A stretch of DNA of 55,251 nucleotides, the filler included, from Sphacelaria rigidula (lineage: Eukaryota), in NCBI GenBank assembly GCA_964200075.2. It is 5 parts of 5 records of this genome, joined end to end, with 100 filler letters (N's around TTAATTAATTAA, not from the genome) between each part and the next. Parts side by side here need not be neighbours in the genome. Positions count along the whole stretch, not along the records: positions 44,282 to 55,251 come from CAXNAA020005609.1; 4 more parts are not named here. One strand, 5' to 3'. This document shows positions 53,968 to 55,251 of this stretch, one piece after another (within the stretch, counting starts at the first letter, position 1; each line of letters begins with the position of its first letter). Made by a program: the position numbers and the translations under genes. A model generated the notes under the pieces. It saw only the letters and a program-made list of their open reading frames with translations. It was not told the DNA's origin and did no database searches.

Positions 53968-54580
53968 CTTTGTACCCCTCGCCTTCCTCGGGATGAGTCT
54001 GTGGTCTCAAGGGATCAACTCATCTCTTCCCAGTACACGCCTCGTATTTTAGTCTCGCGGATTGGGTCAGCACTTCCGCACCGCGTCGACTCACAATCAA
54101 ACAAACTCAGTCAACTACTTTGTTTTCTCACGTTCTCACGCTTTCCACGGTGTGTGTGTTTGTGTCTCTGTGTCTCTGTCTCTGTGTCTCTGTGTCTCTC
54201 TGTGTGTCTGTGTGTCTGTCTCTGTCTCTCTCTGTCTCTGTCTCTGTCTCTGTCTGTCTGTGTGTGTTGTCGTCGTCCCATCTATTCTGGACGCCGGCCT
54301 ATATACCTTTCGGTATATGTGGGCGCACCAGCCGGGGTCACACAGGAGGAAGGTCAACAGAGGAGCTTTTTATTTTCTAGTTGTTTTTTGTACCCCATCT
54401 TCCTTCTGCGTTGCTTGCATATATTTTTTTATCGCGAGAGGGGTTTAGCAGCCTCTTTCCCTCGTCGACCGTCCACTGTGGAAATCAGATACTAGGAAGA
54501 AAAAACCCAACGCATTGGGAATCAAACCTTCGTTCTCTCCACCCTAATGGCGACAGTCGGACCATTACACCACCGGGGTG
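53968..54580 (-). mobile_element. tRNA-derived SINE family A interrupted by a family B insertion
   Basis: Minus-strand A box TGGTGTAATGG (~54562-54573) and B box GGTTTGATTCCC (~54517-54528). Confidence 0.8.
54153..54471 (-). mobile_element. family B retroposon with expanded TG/TC microsatellite tail
   Basis: Flanked by a 9-bp duplication: tccacggtg (54144-54152) and tccactgtg (54472-54480). Confidence 0.8.
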
Positions 54581-55251
54581 CAGCGGCATTTATTAGATTA
54601 TTGTTATTGCCCGGATACACGCGTGCGTTGTTTTCTCTGTACTCCGTAGTAATAACGGATAGACGATACTTATTTATTTGCATGTTATATTGTATCTCTG
54701 TCTAGACGGAAGTAACCGACTGATATGCTTTTAAAATTCAAAAGATAGATGACATCATCAAGGGAGGTGCTCGCAAACGGATGAGGACCTGCTCAACTAC
54801 ACCGTCAGGGTTACCGGCGTCCGAGAGTAGCCAGTGATATTGTTTCGAAAGAAGGTCTGGCGCGTAAGGGGTTTGTAATCACTGTATGGATGTTTACATT
54901 ACTGTATATTATCTTATGCAGCATAAAACAAAAATGCACCCGCGTCAAGGGTCTGTCGAGAGAAAAAAATCGGACACGGAGCCCCCCCCCCTCCCGGAGG
55001 ACAATTATTCGAAAATTGTTGTGATTTTCGAGGGGTTTTTTGTGATTTTTTGGTGATTATTTGGTGAAATTCTTGAAAGAAAGTGATAAACAAACGCTAA
55101 CACAAACCGAAAATTCTGGCGGGCTTTGCGATTTTCGTATATTTGCTTCTCCTCCTTGCCCGCCCTGTCCCGATGACCTCGGATGCCGGCAACGCTCACA
55201 CACATCTATGTACAATACACGAGCGCACGGTGGCGACATCCTGTACCCAAA

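Overview
Eukaryotic, repeat-rich DNA. TTAGGG repeats, GT-AG spliced genes and the repeat types fit a stramenopile such as a brown alga (inference). The window is not one locus. It is five unrelated contigs of almost equal length (1-10971, 11072-22041, 22142-33111, 33212-44181, 44282-55251) joined by artificial 100-nt N44-TTAATTAATTAA-N44 spacers. Most of the sequence is transposon debris: one complete but RT-deleted Ty3/gypsy element with both LTRs and a TSD, two decayed gypsy elements, a possible copia remnant, tentative MULE-like and CACTA/Plavaka-like transposase remnants, retroposon (SINE-like) families, and many MITEs with 2-, 4-, 5- or 8-bp TSDs. Two spliced host genes are visible. One encodes an F-box plus two Royal-family (chromo-barrel/Agenet-like) domains (31274-32882, +, 5' exon not found). 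The other encodes a ~984-aa protein with three hnRNP Q/R NURR-like repeats, a polyQ region and a C-terminal SAM domain (52923-47750, -). The most striking non-coding structures are a MITE carrying telomeric repeats, a ~640-bp fold-back, and a 42-bp palindromic-unit array within a putative TIR element. Domain calls rest on motif recognition by eye, not on database searches.
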